A stretch of 64,000 bases of DNA from Candidatus Aenigmatarchaeota archaeon. GTDB lineage: Archaea; Aenigmatarchaeota; Aenigmatarchaeia; CG10238-14; SpSt-28. Position 1 is the stretch's first letter. Each line of letters starts with the position of its first letter. The stretch is from assembly GCA_038733315.1 (NCBI GenBank), contig JAVYPJ010000001.1, positions 318,832 to 382,831 of the forward strand, read 5' to 3'. A program made the position numbers and the translations under genes. Positions 38,084 through 47,423 of this stretch are shown piece after piece. The notes under the pieces are model-generated. The model saw only the letters and a program-made list of their open reading frames with translations. It was not told where the DNA came from and did not search any database.

Positions 38084-39597
38084 ATTTGGTATAGCTCTCT
38101 TTCTAATTGTCTTTTAATTTTTTCATACTGATCAATTCTAATTGTGTTATGCGGTTTATGATGTGAAAGTGGATAAACTATATCTTTTAACACATTTGGG
38201 GGTAGTCTTTCTACCTCTATTGTTCTTAAGGATTTGAACATTGGATTCATAAAATCGTATAATCTGTCTTCTATTTCTATAATTTCTTCATCGTTAACAT
38301 TGTCTGGTAACAGAACTATAATTCTATCGTTTTTGTTATCATGGTTTTCAGCAACTTCAGGAATTACTATACAATAATCATATCCGAAATAATGTCTTAG
38401 AATCTCCTCTGCGATATCTAAATTGAAGGAATACTCTCTCACCTTTACTGTTCTTTCATCGCTCTTTCTTCTGATATCATAAGAGAGTGTTGGAAAGGGT
38501 ATTTTCATTTCTATGCCGTTATATATAGTTTCGGTTTCATAGCTTATTAATTTCGTAATATCACCCACAGGATAGTCTATTAGTGCGGTTCCTTCGAATG
38601 GGGCCGTTACTCTGATTTCTCCTTCTTCACCCTCGCTAACGTTATTCCCATATTTATCTACTACTCTAACATGTACAAATGTTTCTCTTACTACTAGGCC
38701 ATCTGTCGGTGGAATACGTCTATTTTCGCTTGACATTACACCATTTGCTATAAAGGCGAATGGACATACCTCTTGCGCTCCATATAGATTAGCAAATATT
38801 CTGGCCCCAATGCTATGTGCTTCTTCTACAGACTTTTTTGATGGTTTATAACCACCGACGCTGATAAGTTCTAATTTATTATATCTTAGACCATTTTCTG
38901 TCATAAATTTTGCTATATCATGAAGTATTGCTGGAGTAGTTTGTATGGCATCTACTTTATCGATAGTTTCTATAACATAGTCTGCTAATCTGCCCCCAAT
39001 AGGTTCTCCATAACATAATAATCTTATGGGTATTCCACGCTTGAGCGAGAACGCTGGAATGGAAACTGCTGGATATAGACCAGAACCAGAAGGCATTCCG
39101 TATAAATGTGCAAGATCGGCGATAGTAGGTGTTTCTATATCTTTAAAAACTGTCTTTATGCTTGGATATAAAATCTTATTAAAAAACTCTTCAATATCTC
39201 TCGCTGTATATGCAACAGTTTTTCGTTTAAATATTTTTGGAAATTCTTTAAGGTCGTACCTCCCTCTAATCTTTTCTATTGAAGTATATCCTGATGAGGA
39301 CTGAACCCATATTCTGTACTTAGGATCTACCATGCTTAAATGTTGAGAAAAGTTCTTACCCATTAGATCATTTGGTTTTGGAGAAATTACCGATCCATAT
39401 TTTTCTAGAAATCTATCTAATTTTTCAATGGTGTTTATTTGTTTAACTTCCCAAATATCTATATCGTTTTCCTTTAATTTTTTTCGATAAAATGGTATTT
39501 GAAGTGCATTTCTAGCTCTCTTCGCAATTTTATTTCTCTCTCTTTCAATATATAATTTTCCTACTCCGTTATAAATTAGTTGTTTAATGTTTATCAT
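38080..39597 (-). CDS. Adenylate-forming enzyme of the ANL superfamily (PaaK/CapK/F390-synthetase-like)
   Basis: N-terminal IPFY motif, SSSGYTS (A3-like), YGAQE (A5), GEEGEIRV (A6), YPVGDI (A7), RRKSDERTVKV (A8). Confidence 0.5.
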   Translation of the reverse strand: MINIKQLIYNGVGKLYIERERNKIAKRARNALQIPFYRKKLKENDIDIWEVKQINTIEKLDRFLEKYGSVISPKPNDLMGKNFSQHLSMVDPKYRIWVQSSSGYTSIEKIRGRYDLKEFPKIFKRKTVAYTARDIEEFFNKILYPSIKTVFKDIETPTIADLAHLYGMPSGSGLYPAVSIPAFSLKRGIPIRLLCYGEPIGGRLADYVIETIDKVDAIQTTPAILHDIAKFMTENGLRYNKLELISVGGYKPSKKSVEEAHSIGARIFANLYGAQEVCPFAFIANGVMSSENRRIPPTDGLVVRETFVHVRVVDKYGNNVSEGEEGEIRVTAPFEGTALIDYPVGDITKLISYETETIYNGIEMKIPFPTLSYDIRRKSDERTVKVREYSFNLDIAEEILRHYFGYDYCIVIPEVAENHDNKNDRIIVLLPDNVNDEEIIEIEDRLYDFMNPMFKSLRTIEVERLPPNVLKDIVYPLSHHKPHNTIRIDQYEKIKRQLERELYQI

Positions 39598-39606
39598 ATT
39601 TTTAAA

Positions 39607-40161
39607 TTAAATAATAGCTACCTTAAATTCTTCGACTTCATCGCCTTTAGAGTGACATCTTATCTCTTCTACTATAACCTCTCTGTTAGTAAATAACTTT
39701 GCCCATACATATAAATTTACTTTATAGAGTATACAAACTCTCGACTTACCATTGAAGACATTTTTAGAGAATTCTAAGATGGGAGAGTTTTTTATTATGA
39801 CATCTAAGATAATATTTCCAGATTTTTCATCTCTAAAAACGTTCTTAATCTCGACCTTGCCTAGTCCGTATATATCCAGGAAAGATTCTAGATTTTTTAA
39901 AGGTTTTATATCTTGTAGGTCTTCAATGGTTGGAATATTAAATATTTTAAATACCTTTTCCATAGCAATTTTACAGGCTTCTAACAATATCTTTTCGGTC
40001 TTTTCTTCTCCTATTTCCTCAATAACTTTTTGATAAAGATACGCGAGAGAATCCGCTTCTACAAAGACAATGTTGTATTTACCCATTACTGATATTCTAC
40101 CGTTTTCTATGCTTAGTGCTCCAGCAAGCATCATTCTTTTGAAAAAATCTGATATTGCCAT
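39607..40161 (-). CDS. V4R-like domain protein (predicted small-molecule binding)
   Basis: C-terminal EEIRCHSKGDEVEEF resembles the V4R terminal C..G..C-F motif with one Cys lost. First gene of the operon with the PaaK-like enzyme and methyltransferase. Confidence 0.35.
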   Translation of the reverse strand: MAISDFFKRMMLAGALSIENGRISVMGKYNIVFVEADSLAYLYQKVIEEIGEEKTEKILLEACKIAMEKVFKIFNIPTIEDLQDIKPLKNLESFLDIYGLGKVEIKNVFRDEKSGNIILDVIIKNSPILEFSKNVFNGKSRVCILYKVNLYVWAKLFTNREVIVEEIRCHSKGDEVEEFKVAII

Positions 40162-40329
40162 CTTTCTATAAAAAATTATTATAGAGATTAATATATAAAT
40201 ACTTTTCTGTATGTGGTGAAAATTGTGATCACGTTTTTTACTATTAACGAGGAATTATCATAATTTATATAGATTTCGACACATCGGGAATATTATTTTA
40301 AATAATAATTATATTATTACCTAATAATT

Positions 40330-41631
40330 ATGATAAAAGAAAATTATTTACATCCCTTTAAAGGTTTGAGAGATTTTCCTTCAGAAATTGAAATTTTGAG
40401 AAAAAATATTTTTCAAAAAATAGAAAGAATTTTTCAAAGATATGGTTTCGATCCAATAGAAACTCCGATAGTTGAAAAATGGGAAGTTTTAAAAGGAAAA
40501 TATAGTGAAGATGTTGAGGATAAACTAATTTGGAGATTTAAGCTACCATATAGCGAAAAAGAATTTGGATTAAGATACGATTTGACAATTCCTTTAGCTA
40601 GATTTTATTCAAGGTTCAAGCCAAAGCTACCCTTTAAAAGGTATCAAATTGGAAGAGTTTTTAGGTATGAAGAGCCACAAAAAGGGAGATATAGAGAATT
40701 TTGGCAATGCGATTTCGATATTTTGGGTTCGAGAAGTTTTTTAGCTGATGTAGAGATTCTAAATGTTGTTATTGATGTTTTTAAAGAATTTAATTTTAAA
40801 GATTTTTTAATTAAAATTAACGATAGAAATTTATTAGCTTTTATTTTTGAAAAGAAAACAGGGATAGAAAAAGAAAAAATAATTAAAGTTTATAGAATTA
40901 TTGACAAACTAGATAAAATAGGAAAAGAAAATGTATTAAAAGAATTAGAGAGGGAATTAAACAAAAAACAATTAAATGAGATTGAAAAAATCATAGATAT
41001 CTCTGAAATGCAAAACGAAGAAATTTTTATAGAATTGGAAAAGATTAGTTCAAAAGAGTTAAGCGAATATATTGAAAATTTAAAAAATATAATAGATTTT
41101 GTAAAGGAAAAAAATAAAATAAAAGTAGATTTATCCTTAGTAAGAGGTTTAGATTATTATACTTCAACAATTTTTGAAGCTATAGTTAAAAAACCAAGAA
41201 TTGGAAGTTTAGCTGGTGGTGGGAGATATGATAATTTAATTTCTAAATTTATAAATCAAAACGTTCCGGCTGTTGGTGGGAGTATAGGGATTGAAAGATT
41301 AATAGATGCTGGAATAGAATTGGGCTTGTTTAATCTTAATGAAAAAACATACTGTAAAGTTGGAGTAATTTTTACTAAGGAAGTTGATATCAAAAAAGTT
41401 TTAGAGATAGTAAATAGGCTAAGAGAAAATGACATAAATACGTTTATGTATTTTACTGCCTTTAAAAATATTGTTGAAGGAATAAAGGAATTAGATAAAA
41501 GAGGGATTAAGTATGCAATAATAGTAGGAAGTAGAGAGATAGCTGAAAACAAGTTTACACTTCAGAACTTAAAAACAAGAGAAAGATATACATTAAGCAT
41601 AGAAGAAATAATAAATAAGTTAAAGAGTTAG
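40330..41631 (+). CDS. hisS: Histidyl-tRNA synthetase
   Basis: Class II motifs LRYDLTIPLARFY, YQIGRVFR and GGGRYDNL. C-terminal anticodon-binding domain. Confidence 0.85.
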   Translation: MIKENYLHPFKGLRDFPSEIEILRKNIFQKIERIFQRYGFDPIETPIVEKWEVLKGKYSEDVEDKLIWRFKLPYSEKEFGLRYDLTIPLARFYSRFKPKLPFKRYQIGRVFRYEEPQKGRYREFWQCDFDILGSRSFLADVEILNVVIDVFKEFNFKDFLIKINDRNLLAFIFEKKTGIEKEKIIKVYRIIDKLDKIGKENVLKELERELNKKQLNEIEKIIDISEMQNEEIFIELEKISSKELSEYIENLKNIIDFVKEKNKIKVDLSLVRGLDYYTSTIFEAIVKKPRIGSLAGGGRYDNLISKFINQNVPAVGGSIGIERLIDAGIELGLFNLNEKTYCKVGVIFTKEVDIKKVLEIVNRLRENDINTFMYFTAFKNIVEGIKELDKRGIKYAIIVGSREIAENKFTLQNLKTRERYTLSIEEIINKLKS

Positions 41632-42626
41632 TTGTGCTCTGTAATAATAATTTCTTTCAAGTTTGGCGGGATTACTAGTTTTGGATTTCTAATCGAATAT
41701 CTTATCATTACTAATCTCTTTTTAGGACCAGGAATACTTCCTTGAATTAATATATAATCACCTCTAACAACTCCATAGTGAGAGAATCCACCTTTTGGAG
41801 TAACTTCATTTCCATTAGAGGAAATCTTTAATATTCTTTTGTTTAATTCTGTTCTTCTTTGAAAACCCAATTGACCTCTGCTAGGAATTTTTCCTGGCAG
41901 TACTCTTCCTTCACCTTGAGAACCCAAGGAACCGACATGCCTAATTTTTTGTTTTGCCTTTCTTCTTTGCTCTTTTATGCCAAATCTCTTTACTGGTCCA
42001 GCGGTTCCTTTTCCTTTTGTAACAGCTATAACATCTACAAACTGCCCCTCTTTGAATATTTCGCTAGCTTTTATTTCTTTTCCAAGAACGCTCATTGCAT
42101 ATTTTATAGCATCTTCTATTTTTCCTCCAACTTCTATTTCAAAAACTTCTGGCTTTTTCTTTTTAATTCCCGCAAGCCATGGTTGTGTACAAACAACCAA
42201 TCTAACTTTTTTTATTTTAGTTTTATTTAGCTCTTCAAATTTTTTAATTGCTTTATCATAATTACTCTTAATATTTGTTATTTTTCTTTTTAGATTTTTT
42301 GGTATTTCTTCGTCTTTTGCATATATATCTAATAGACTTTTATAACCTTTTGTAGTTAATTCATAAAATCTTACTCCAATAACTTTTAGAGGTGGAACTT
42401 CAATAACTGTTGCAGGTACAAAGTATTCCTCTTCAATTTCCTTTTTCAAGACCTTTCTTTTTCTAAGTTCTATTATATGAACCATACCAGCTTTATAGCC
42501 GGCGAAAGCTAATGGTATAGCTTTATCGTATTGGGGATATGTTTTAATAACTGGATAAATCCTTTTAGCTCTTTTTCTTGGCCAAAAGGCTCTACTTCCT
42601 GCTAATGGCTTCGAATCTTTAACCAT
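41628..42626 (-). CDS. rpl3: 50S ribosomal protein L3 (uL3)
   Basis: 332 aa. FAGYKAGMVHI and GKGTAGPVKRFG motifs. Not followed by L4/L23/L2. Confidence 0.9.
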   Translation of the reverse strand: MVKDSKPLAGSRAFWPRKRAKRIYPVIKTYPQYDKAIPLAFAGYKAGMVHIIELRKRKVLKKEIEEEYFVPATVIEVPPLKVIGVRFYELTTKGYKSLLDIYAKDEEIPKNLKRKITNIKSNYDKAIKKFEELNKTKIKKVRLVVCTQPWLAGIKKKKPEVFEIEVGGKIEDAIKYAMSVLGKEIKASEIFKEGQFVDVIAVTKGKGTAGPVKRFGIKEQRRKAKQKIRHVGSLGSQGEGRVLPGKIPSRGQLGFQRRTELNKRILKISSNGNEVTPKGGFSHYGVVRGDYILIQGSIPGPKKRLVMIRYSIRNPKLVIPPNLKEIIITEHN

Positions 42627-42663
42627 AAATTATATGTTTAAATTATTTATGTTTTAGATAAAA

Positions 42664-42713
42664 TCTGTACCTAGCCTATTTCTTCATTGTTCAGCTGACC
42701 GTCGTTTCTTCAT
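42664..42713 (-). ncRNA. Candidate box C/D-like sRNA (locus 2) or rpl3 leader element
   Basis: Minus strand reads AUGAAGA-N12-CUGA-ACA-AUGAAGA-N13-CAGA. Same architecture as the locus at 53412..53465. Contains direct repeat TTTCTTCATT and the palindrome TCAGCTGA. Confidence 0.3.
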
Positions 42714-42722
42714 TATATAAAA

Positions 42723-43292
42723 TTATATTAGAGATTTAATTATTAAATCTATTTTTTCATAAAAATCTTTTAAAGATGAATTATTTTCTATAATAAAATT
42801 CGAATTTTCTTCAATTTTGTCTAATCCAAGGTTTTTAATATCTTCTTTATCTCTTTTTAGGAATTCCTCGAAAGAAAGGTTGAAGAATTTATCTTGCTGT
42901 TTTCTTCTTTCATACCTTATTTTTGCATCAGATTTAATAAAAATTAGCCAAAAATTTTTGTTAAACTCTTTTTTAAAAACTTCTACTTCAATAACATTTC
43001 TAAAACCATCAACAGTTACTCTATCTATATTTTCTTTCTTAATTTTTTCAGCAATTTTTATTGCAAAATAATCTTCTCTTCCATATTTTTCTCGTATTGT
43101 TTTTCCAATTTCACTTAACCTTCTTTTCTTTTCTTCTAAACTCAATTTTTCTTGAATTAGATTTAGTTTTTTTGCTTCCTCTTCAATCTCTCTAGAAAAT
43201 TCAAAAGTTTCGAACCCATATTTATTTTTTAAGTATTTCGCCGCTTCGCTTTTACCGCTAGCCGCGTATCCTGAAAGACCAATTATCAGCAT
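42723..43292 (-). CDS. P-loop nucleotide kinase (dephospho-CoA kinase/CoaE-like)
   Basis: IIGLSGYAASGKSEAAKYL Walker A. About 190 aa with a lid region. Confidence 0.5.
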   Translation of the reverse strand: MLIIGLSGYAASGKSEAAKYLKNKYGFETFEFSREIEEEAKKLNLIQEKLSLEEKKRRLSEIGKTIREKYGREDYFAIKIAEKIKKENIDRVTVDGFRNVIEVEVFKKEFNKNFWLIFIKSDAKIRYERRKQQDKFFNLSFEEFLKRDKEDIKNLGLDKIEENSNFIIENNSSLKDFYEKIDLIIKSLI

Positions 43293-43309
43293 AAATATTT
43301 TTTATGATT

Positions 43310-43621
43310 TCAAGATAGTAGTTCGTGGAGTTTAAATAAGAACTTATGAACTTCTGAGTATTCTTTTCCAATAGTTGCAAAAACTCCTAGTAAATCATTT
43401 ATTCTTTTTCTTTCTATTTCCTTAATTTTTCTGTATATGTATTTTGTGTATGGTGTCATTAAATTATTTTTTTCTTCAATTCTTTCTAATCTTAAAAACA
43501 TCTCCTCCATACTAGATAAAAATACAGAAGTTTTATATTTATACGGTATTTGTGAATATAACTCTTCTAAAGAATTTTTTGCGTATGAGATGGTTTTTCG
43601 CAACGGAAAAATAATAGACAT
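43310..43621 (-). CDS. Hypothetical protein
   Basis: 103-aa helical ORF. Overlaps the opposite-strand ORF. Confidence 0.3.
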   Translation of the reverse strand: MSIIFPLRKTISYAKNSLEELYSQIPYKYKTSVFLSSMEEMFLRLERIEEKNNLMTPYTKYIYRKIKEIERKRINDLLGVFATIGKEYSEVHKFLFKLHELLS

Positions 43622-43847
43622 GGATTATAGTAAGAACAAAAATAAAAATCAAATAAAGATAAGGTTAAGAGGGATTGATGAGAGGGGTTTAGAATGTGTT
43701 GTAAATAATTTATTAGATGAGTTTAAAAACAAATTGGGAAAGCTAAAAACTAAGGTTTATGTGACGAGTAGAAGCACGTTAAATACGAGTATAGCTATGG
43801 AAGAAATTGTTACTCTTAGAGAGTTTAAGAAAAGGTATTTAGCATAA
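43437..43847 (+). CDS. Hypothetical protein (likely starts at internal Met, position 43590)
   Basis: The C-terminal 86 aa (MVFRNGKIIDMDY...) look protein-like. The N-terminal part overlaps the minus-strand ORF. Confidence 0.25.
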   Translation: MYFVYGVIKLFFSSILSNLKNISSILDKNTEVLYLYGICEYNSSKEFFAYEMVFRNGKIIDMDYSKNKNKNQIKIRLRGIDERGLECVVNNLLDEFKNKLGKLKTKVYVTSRSTLNTSIAMEEIVTLREFKKRYLA

Positions 43848-43852
43848 ATATT

Positions 43853-44542
43853 TTGTTTAGAAATAGAATTATGAAACTAATAATTTTTGGCCCACCTGGA
43901 AGCGGTAAGGGAACTTATTCAGCGAAGTTAAAGGAAAAGATAGGAATAGAAAAGATATCTACTGGAGATATTTTAAGGGCAGAAATAAAAAATCAAAGCG
44001 AGCTAGGAAAAAAAGTAGAAAATTATTTAAAGCAAGGATTGTTAGTTCCAGATGAAATCGTTATAGAAATAGTTAAAAAAATTATTGATGAAAAAAAGGA
44101 TAATTTTATTTTGGACGGTTTTCCGAGAACTATAAAACAGGCTGAATGGTTAATAGGTTATACAAAAATAGATGCTGTAATAAAAATTAATGTGCATGAT
44201 GAAATTTTAATAGAAAAGATTTCTGCTAGAAGAATTTGTAGTAATCCAAATTGCGATGGAAATTATAATATTGCGAATATAGATAAATTAATTGATGGCA
44301 TTCATTATAAATTACCACCTCTATTACCAAAAAATGATATGGTTTGTGATAAGTGTGGTTCGAAGTTAATTCAAAGAGATGATGATAAACCAGAAATAAT
44401 TAAGGAAAGATTAAAGGTATACTATCAACAAACTAAACCTGTAGAAGATTATTTAAGAAGTAATGGAATAAGGTTTATAGAAGTTTGGATGAATAGGGAA
44501 CCAAGTCTAGTGGTTGAGGAAATATTGGAAAAATTAAAATAG
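43853..44542 (+). CDS. adk: Adenylate kinase (zinc-lid type)
   Basis: MKLIIFGPPGSGKGT P-loop (probable true start at 43871). Cys4 lid CSNPNC...CDKCGS. Confidence 0.85.
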   Translation: MFRNRIMKLIIFGPPGSGKGTYSAKLKEKIGIEKISTGDILRAEIKNQSELGKKVENYLKQGLLVPDEIVIEIVKKIIDEKKDNFILDGFPRTIKQAEWLIGYTKIDAVIKINVHDEILIEKISARRICSNPNCDGNYNIANIDKLIDGIHYKLPPLLPKNDMVCDKCGSKLIQRDDDKPEIIKERLKVYYQQTKPVEDYLRSNGIRFIEVWMNREPSLVVEEILEKLK

Positions 44543-44557
44543 GATTTTAATTTTAAC

Positions 44558-45118
44558 CTAAAATATATACTTTAAAGATTTTTGAACGAACTCTTTTAAT
44601 TCTTCAGAGTTTTTTGGATTAAGATTAACATAAGATTTTAGCAGTTCTTTTAGTTCTGAATGTGGTATTTCTGTAATTTTTGAATTATTAAATAATTTTT
44701 TTAACATCTCTTTATTTTCTGAAATTTGAAATTGTATAGCTTGTGTAAAAAATTCTATTATGATCTTTAAAATTCCTGTTGCATAGGGATCTTTGGATTG
44801 TAATAAGAACTCTCTAACATCTTCATTTTCCTCGAGAAGAATGTGGTGGAGTATTTCTTCTTCCATTATTCTACGTAGCTCTTGTTTATCAGAAAAAAGA
44901 TACGTAGGAATAGTTATTTTATGTGAGTAAATGTCATAAGAGGGAAAGAGTTCTTTTAGAGAAGTTTTACACATACTAAAAGATGGGATTTTTATAGTTT
45001 TTTTTGGAATTTCATACTTTTCAACAACAGTATTATACAAATATTCTGTAAGCTTATTTATTTCTTTTTTATATTTTCTTTCGTCTAATACGTGTTTTTT
45101 GTATTTTTTATACGACAT
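44558..45118 (-). CDS. Hypothetical helical protein
   Basis: 186 aa. Contains EEEILHHILLEE. No confident family assignment. Confidence 0.3.
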   Translation of the reverse strand: MSYKKYKKHVLDERKYKKEINKLTEYLYNTVVEKYEIPKKTIKIPSFSMCKTSLKELFPSYDIYSHKITIPTYLFSDKQELRRIMEEEILHHILLEENEDVREFLLQSKDPYATGILKIIIEFFTQAIQFQISENKEMLKKLFNNSKITEIPHSELKELLKSYVNLNPKNSEELKEFVQKSLKYIF

Positions 45119-45127
45119 ATACTTTTT

Positions 45128-45553
45128 TTATTTTTTTAAAAGATAATTTTTTACAAAATTTTTAAACACATTATAAACTTCACCCGGATTTATTGCGTAA
45201 TTTACCCGATTACTATTTAGTTTATTTTTGTCTTCTTTCTTTGTCACTGAGTTGTTGCGGTATAGGGTTAAATAACATACATTTTTATTGTTATCTTTGC
45301 TAAAAAATACCTCTCCAATTAATGAATCAGAGGTGCGAAATTTTATCTCTAAGTATTTACAGACTTTCCTGTTACTAAAACACTTACATCCATCAAGTTT
45401 GTCTGGATTTGAAATTTCTTTATTTTCTATGTCTATATTTAGAAGCTCGTAATCTCGATGTTCGGGATGTCTGCATTTAAATTGGATAGATTTTGAATTG
45501 CAAAAAAGTTCCTTCACAATAGTTTTCAGTTCGCTTTTTTCTAACTTTCTCAT
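45128..45553 (-). CDS. Hypothetical Cys/His-rich protein
   Basis: 141 aa. CNSKSIQFKCRHPEH and CKCFSNRKVC clusters suggest Zn binding. Confidence 0.3.
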   Translation of the reverse strand: MRKLEKSELKTIVKELFCNSKSIQFKCRHPEHRDYELLNIDIENKEISNPDKLDGCKCFSNRKVCKYLEIKFRTSDSLIGEVFFSKDNNKNVCYLTLYRNNSVTKKEDKNKLNSNRVNYAINPGEVYNVFKNFVKNYLLKK

Positions 45554-45684
45554 AATTAATTTTTATAGATTAGAGTTAATATAACTTATATTGATTTACA
45601 TTATTATTAATTAATAATGTTTTTTAATTTTTAATAACCGTAAAATAATACAGATTTGTATAACGGGTTAGAATAATATTTGTC

Positions 45685-45757
45685 TAGCCCCGCCCGGATT
45701 CGAACCGGGGTCTCCGGGTCCAGAGCCCGGCATCCTTGGCCGCTAGACGACGGGGCT
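45685..45757 (-). tRNA. tRNA-Gln (anticodon CTG)
   Basis: Reverse complement: AGCCCCG...CGGGGCU with A1:U72 (typical of archaeal tRNA-Gln). Anticodon loop CUCUGGA. Confidence 0.8.
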
Positions 45758-45832
45758 TTCCTATAATATAAAAAGGTTAAGTTACAAAAAAATTGGTCGT
45801 TTTTAATTATAAATTAAAAGAATAGATAAATA

Positions 45833-46822
45833 ATGAGGATTATTGAAAGCAGCTCTTTAAAAGAGGAGCTTGAAAATCTAATAATAAAATTAAAAGAGCA
45901 AAAATTTAAAAAACTATTTTTTCAAATTCCAGAGGGTCTAAAAAGTAAAATAAACGAAATTAAGTTTATTTTTGAAAAAGAGGGTTTTGAAACAATTTTT
46001 TCGTTAGAGCCTACATATGGTGCTTGTGATATAAAAGATGAGGAGGCAAAAAGACTAGGTTGCGATGCATTAATTCATATAGCTCATGCTAACTTTGGTG
46101 TAAGAGCATCTATTCCAACTTTTTATATTCATTTTATTTTTGAAGTTAATGAGGAGGAAATAAAAGAAATTTTGGAGAAAAATTCTCAAAATTTTGTTTA
46201 TAATTCTTATGTTATAGTTTCTAGCTTACAATATATAAAATACGTATATTTTGTAAAAAATTTTTTAGAAAAGTTAAATAAAAAAGTTTTTATAAAAAAA
46301 GTTTTAGAGTATGAAGCTCAAATTCTTGGATGTAATGTGAACGCTGCAAAGGTTAATGAAGCAGAAGCTATAATAGTGATTTCAGAAGGTTTGTTCTATC
46401 CTTTGGGATTAATAATGGAAATAGATAAACCAATAATATACATAGACTTAGAGAAAAAAGAGGTTAAAGATATTAGCGGTTTAAAAGAAAAATATAATAG
46501 AATAATTGCATGGTATTTATCTAAGTTTAGAGATTCGAAAAAAATTGGACTATTAGTTAGCTGGAAAAAAGGTCAAATTTTTTATGATGTCTTTAAGATT
46601 AAAGAATATTTTGAAAAAATGAACAAAGAAGTTTATATTTTTGCATTCGATGAAATTTCTCCAGAAAAGTTAGAGGGTATCGATGTAGATTTTTTAGTTA
46701 ATTTAGCATGTCCAAGAGTTTTTCCGGATGATTATGAAAGATATAAAATACCTATTTTAAATTATTCTATCATTTTAAAACACTTTTATGATGAAAAAAG
46801 AAATACAAATAATTCTTTCTAA
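45833..46822 (+). CDS. dph2: Diphthamide biosynthesis protein Dph2 (2-(3-amino-3-carboxypropyl)histidine synthase)
   Basis: About 330 aa. Three-domain Dph2 pattern with conserved Cys (TYGACD, GCDALIHIAHANF, LACPR). Confidence 0.75.
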   Translation: MRIIESSSLKEELENLIIKLKEQKFKKLFFQIPEGLKSKINEIKFIFEKEGFETIFSLEPTYGACDIKDEEAKRLGCDALIHIAHANFGVRASIPTFYIHFIFEVNEEEIKEILEKNSQNFVYNSYVIVSSLQYIKYVYFVKNFLEKLNKKVFIKKVLEYEAQILGCNVNAAKVNEAEAIIVISEGLFYPLGLIMEIDKPIIYIDLEKKEVKDISGLKEKYNRIIAWYLSKFRDSKKIGLLVSWKKGQIFYDVFKIKEYFEKMNKEVYIFAFDEISPEKLEGIDVDFLVNLACPRVFPDDYERYKIPILNYSIILKHFYDEKRNTNNSF

Positions 46823-47423
46823 GCTTAAAAGCTTTGAAAACCCTAAGGTTGAGCTAGAACAATATGAAACGCCATGTGATTTAATAAGCAAAATAGTTAG
46901 CGAGCTAAATCTTATGAGTTTGATTAAAGATAAAGAAATTTTAGAAGTTGCATGTGGAACGGCAAAATTCTCTATAGCTGCTTCTTTTTATAAACCTAAA
47001 AAAATAATAGCATTAGATAAAGATAAAGATGCTATAAGAGTAGCAAAGTATAATTATAGCATTATTAAAGAAAAATTTGACGTTTCAATTATAAAATTTT
47101 TAATTGCAGATGTTAAAGAAATACATTTTAAGAAAAAATTTGATTTAATTATTATGAATCCCCCTTTCGGGATTCAAGGAAAAGTAAAAGATATCGATTT
47201 CTTAAGATTTGCTTTTAATTTTTCAAATTTTGTAGTTTCAATAAATCCGAATGGAAGGAATATAAAATTTTTTAAAAATATTGCACAAAAACATAACTTT
47301 AAACTTTTGAAGTTCGAAAAATATATGTTTCCTATTAAAAAAATTTTCGATTTTCATAGAAAAAAGGAAAAGAAAATAGAAACTCTAATTTTATATTTTT
47401 GCTCAAGTTTTTATGGAATATAG
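46788..47423 (+). CDS. N6-adenine-type SAM methyltransferase (METTL5/HemK-like)
   Basis: VACGTAKF motif I and the IIMNPPFG catalytic NPPF/Y motif. Confidence 0.6.
   Translation: MMKKEIQIILSKLKSFENPKVELEQYETPCDLISKIVSELNLMSLIKDKEILEVACGTAKFSIAASFYKPKKIIALDKDKDAIRVAKYNYSIIKEKFDVSIIKFLIADVKEIHFKKKFDLIIMNPPFGIQGKVKDIDFLRFAFNFSNFVVSINPNGRNIKFFKNIAQKHNFKLLKFEKYMFPIKKIFDFHRKKEKKIETLILYFCSSFYGI

Noticed and set aside
40225-40232. Palindrome GTGATCAC in the hisS upstream region
   Set aside because: Only 8 bp, as expected by chance in a 168-nt spacer. Not reported as a feature.
41859-42261. Two overlapping plus-strand ORFs (123 and 94 aa) within rpl3
   Set aside because: Antisense to a highly conserved L3 reading frame.
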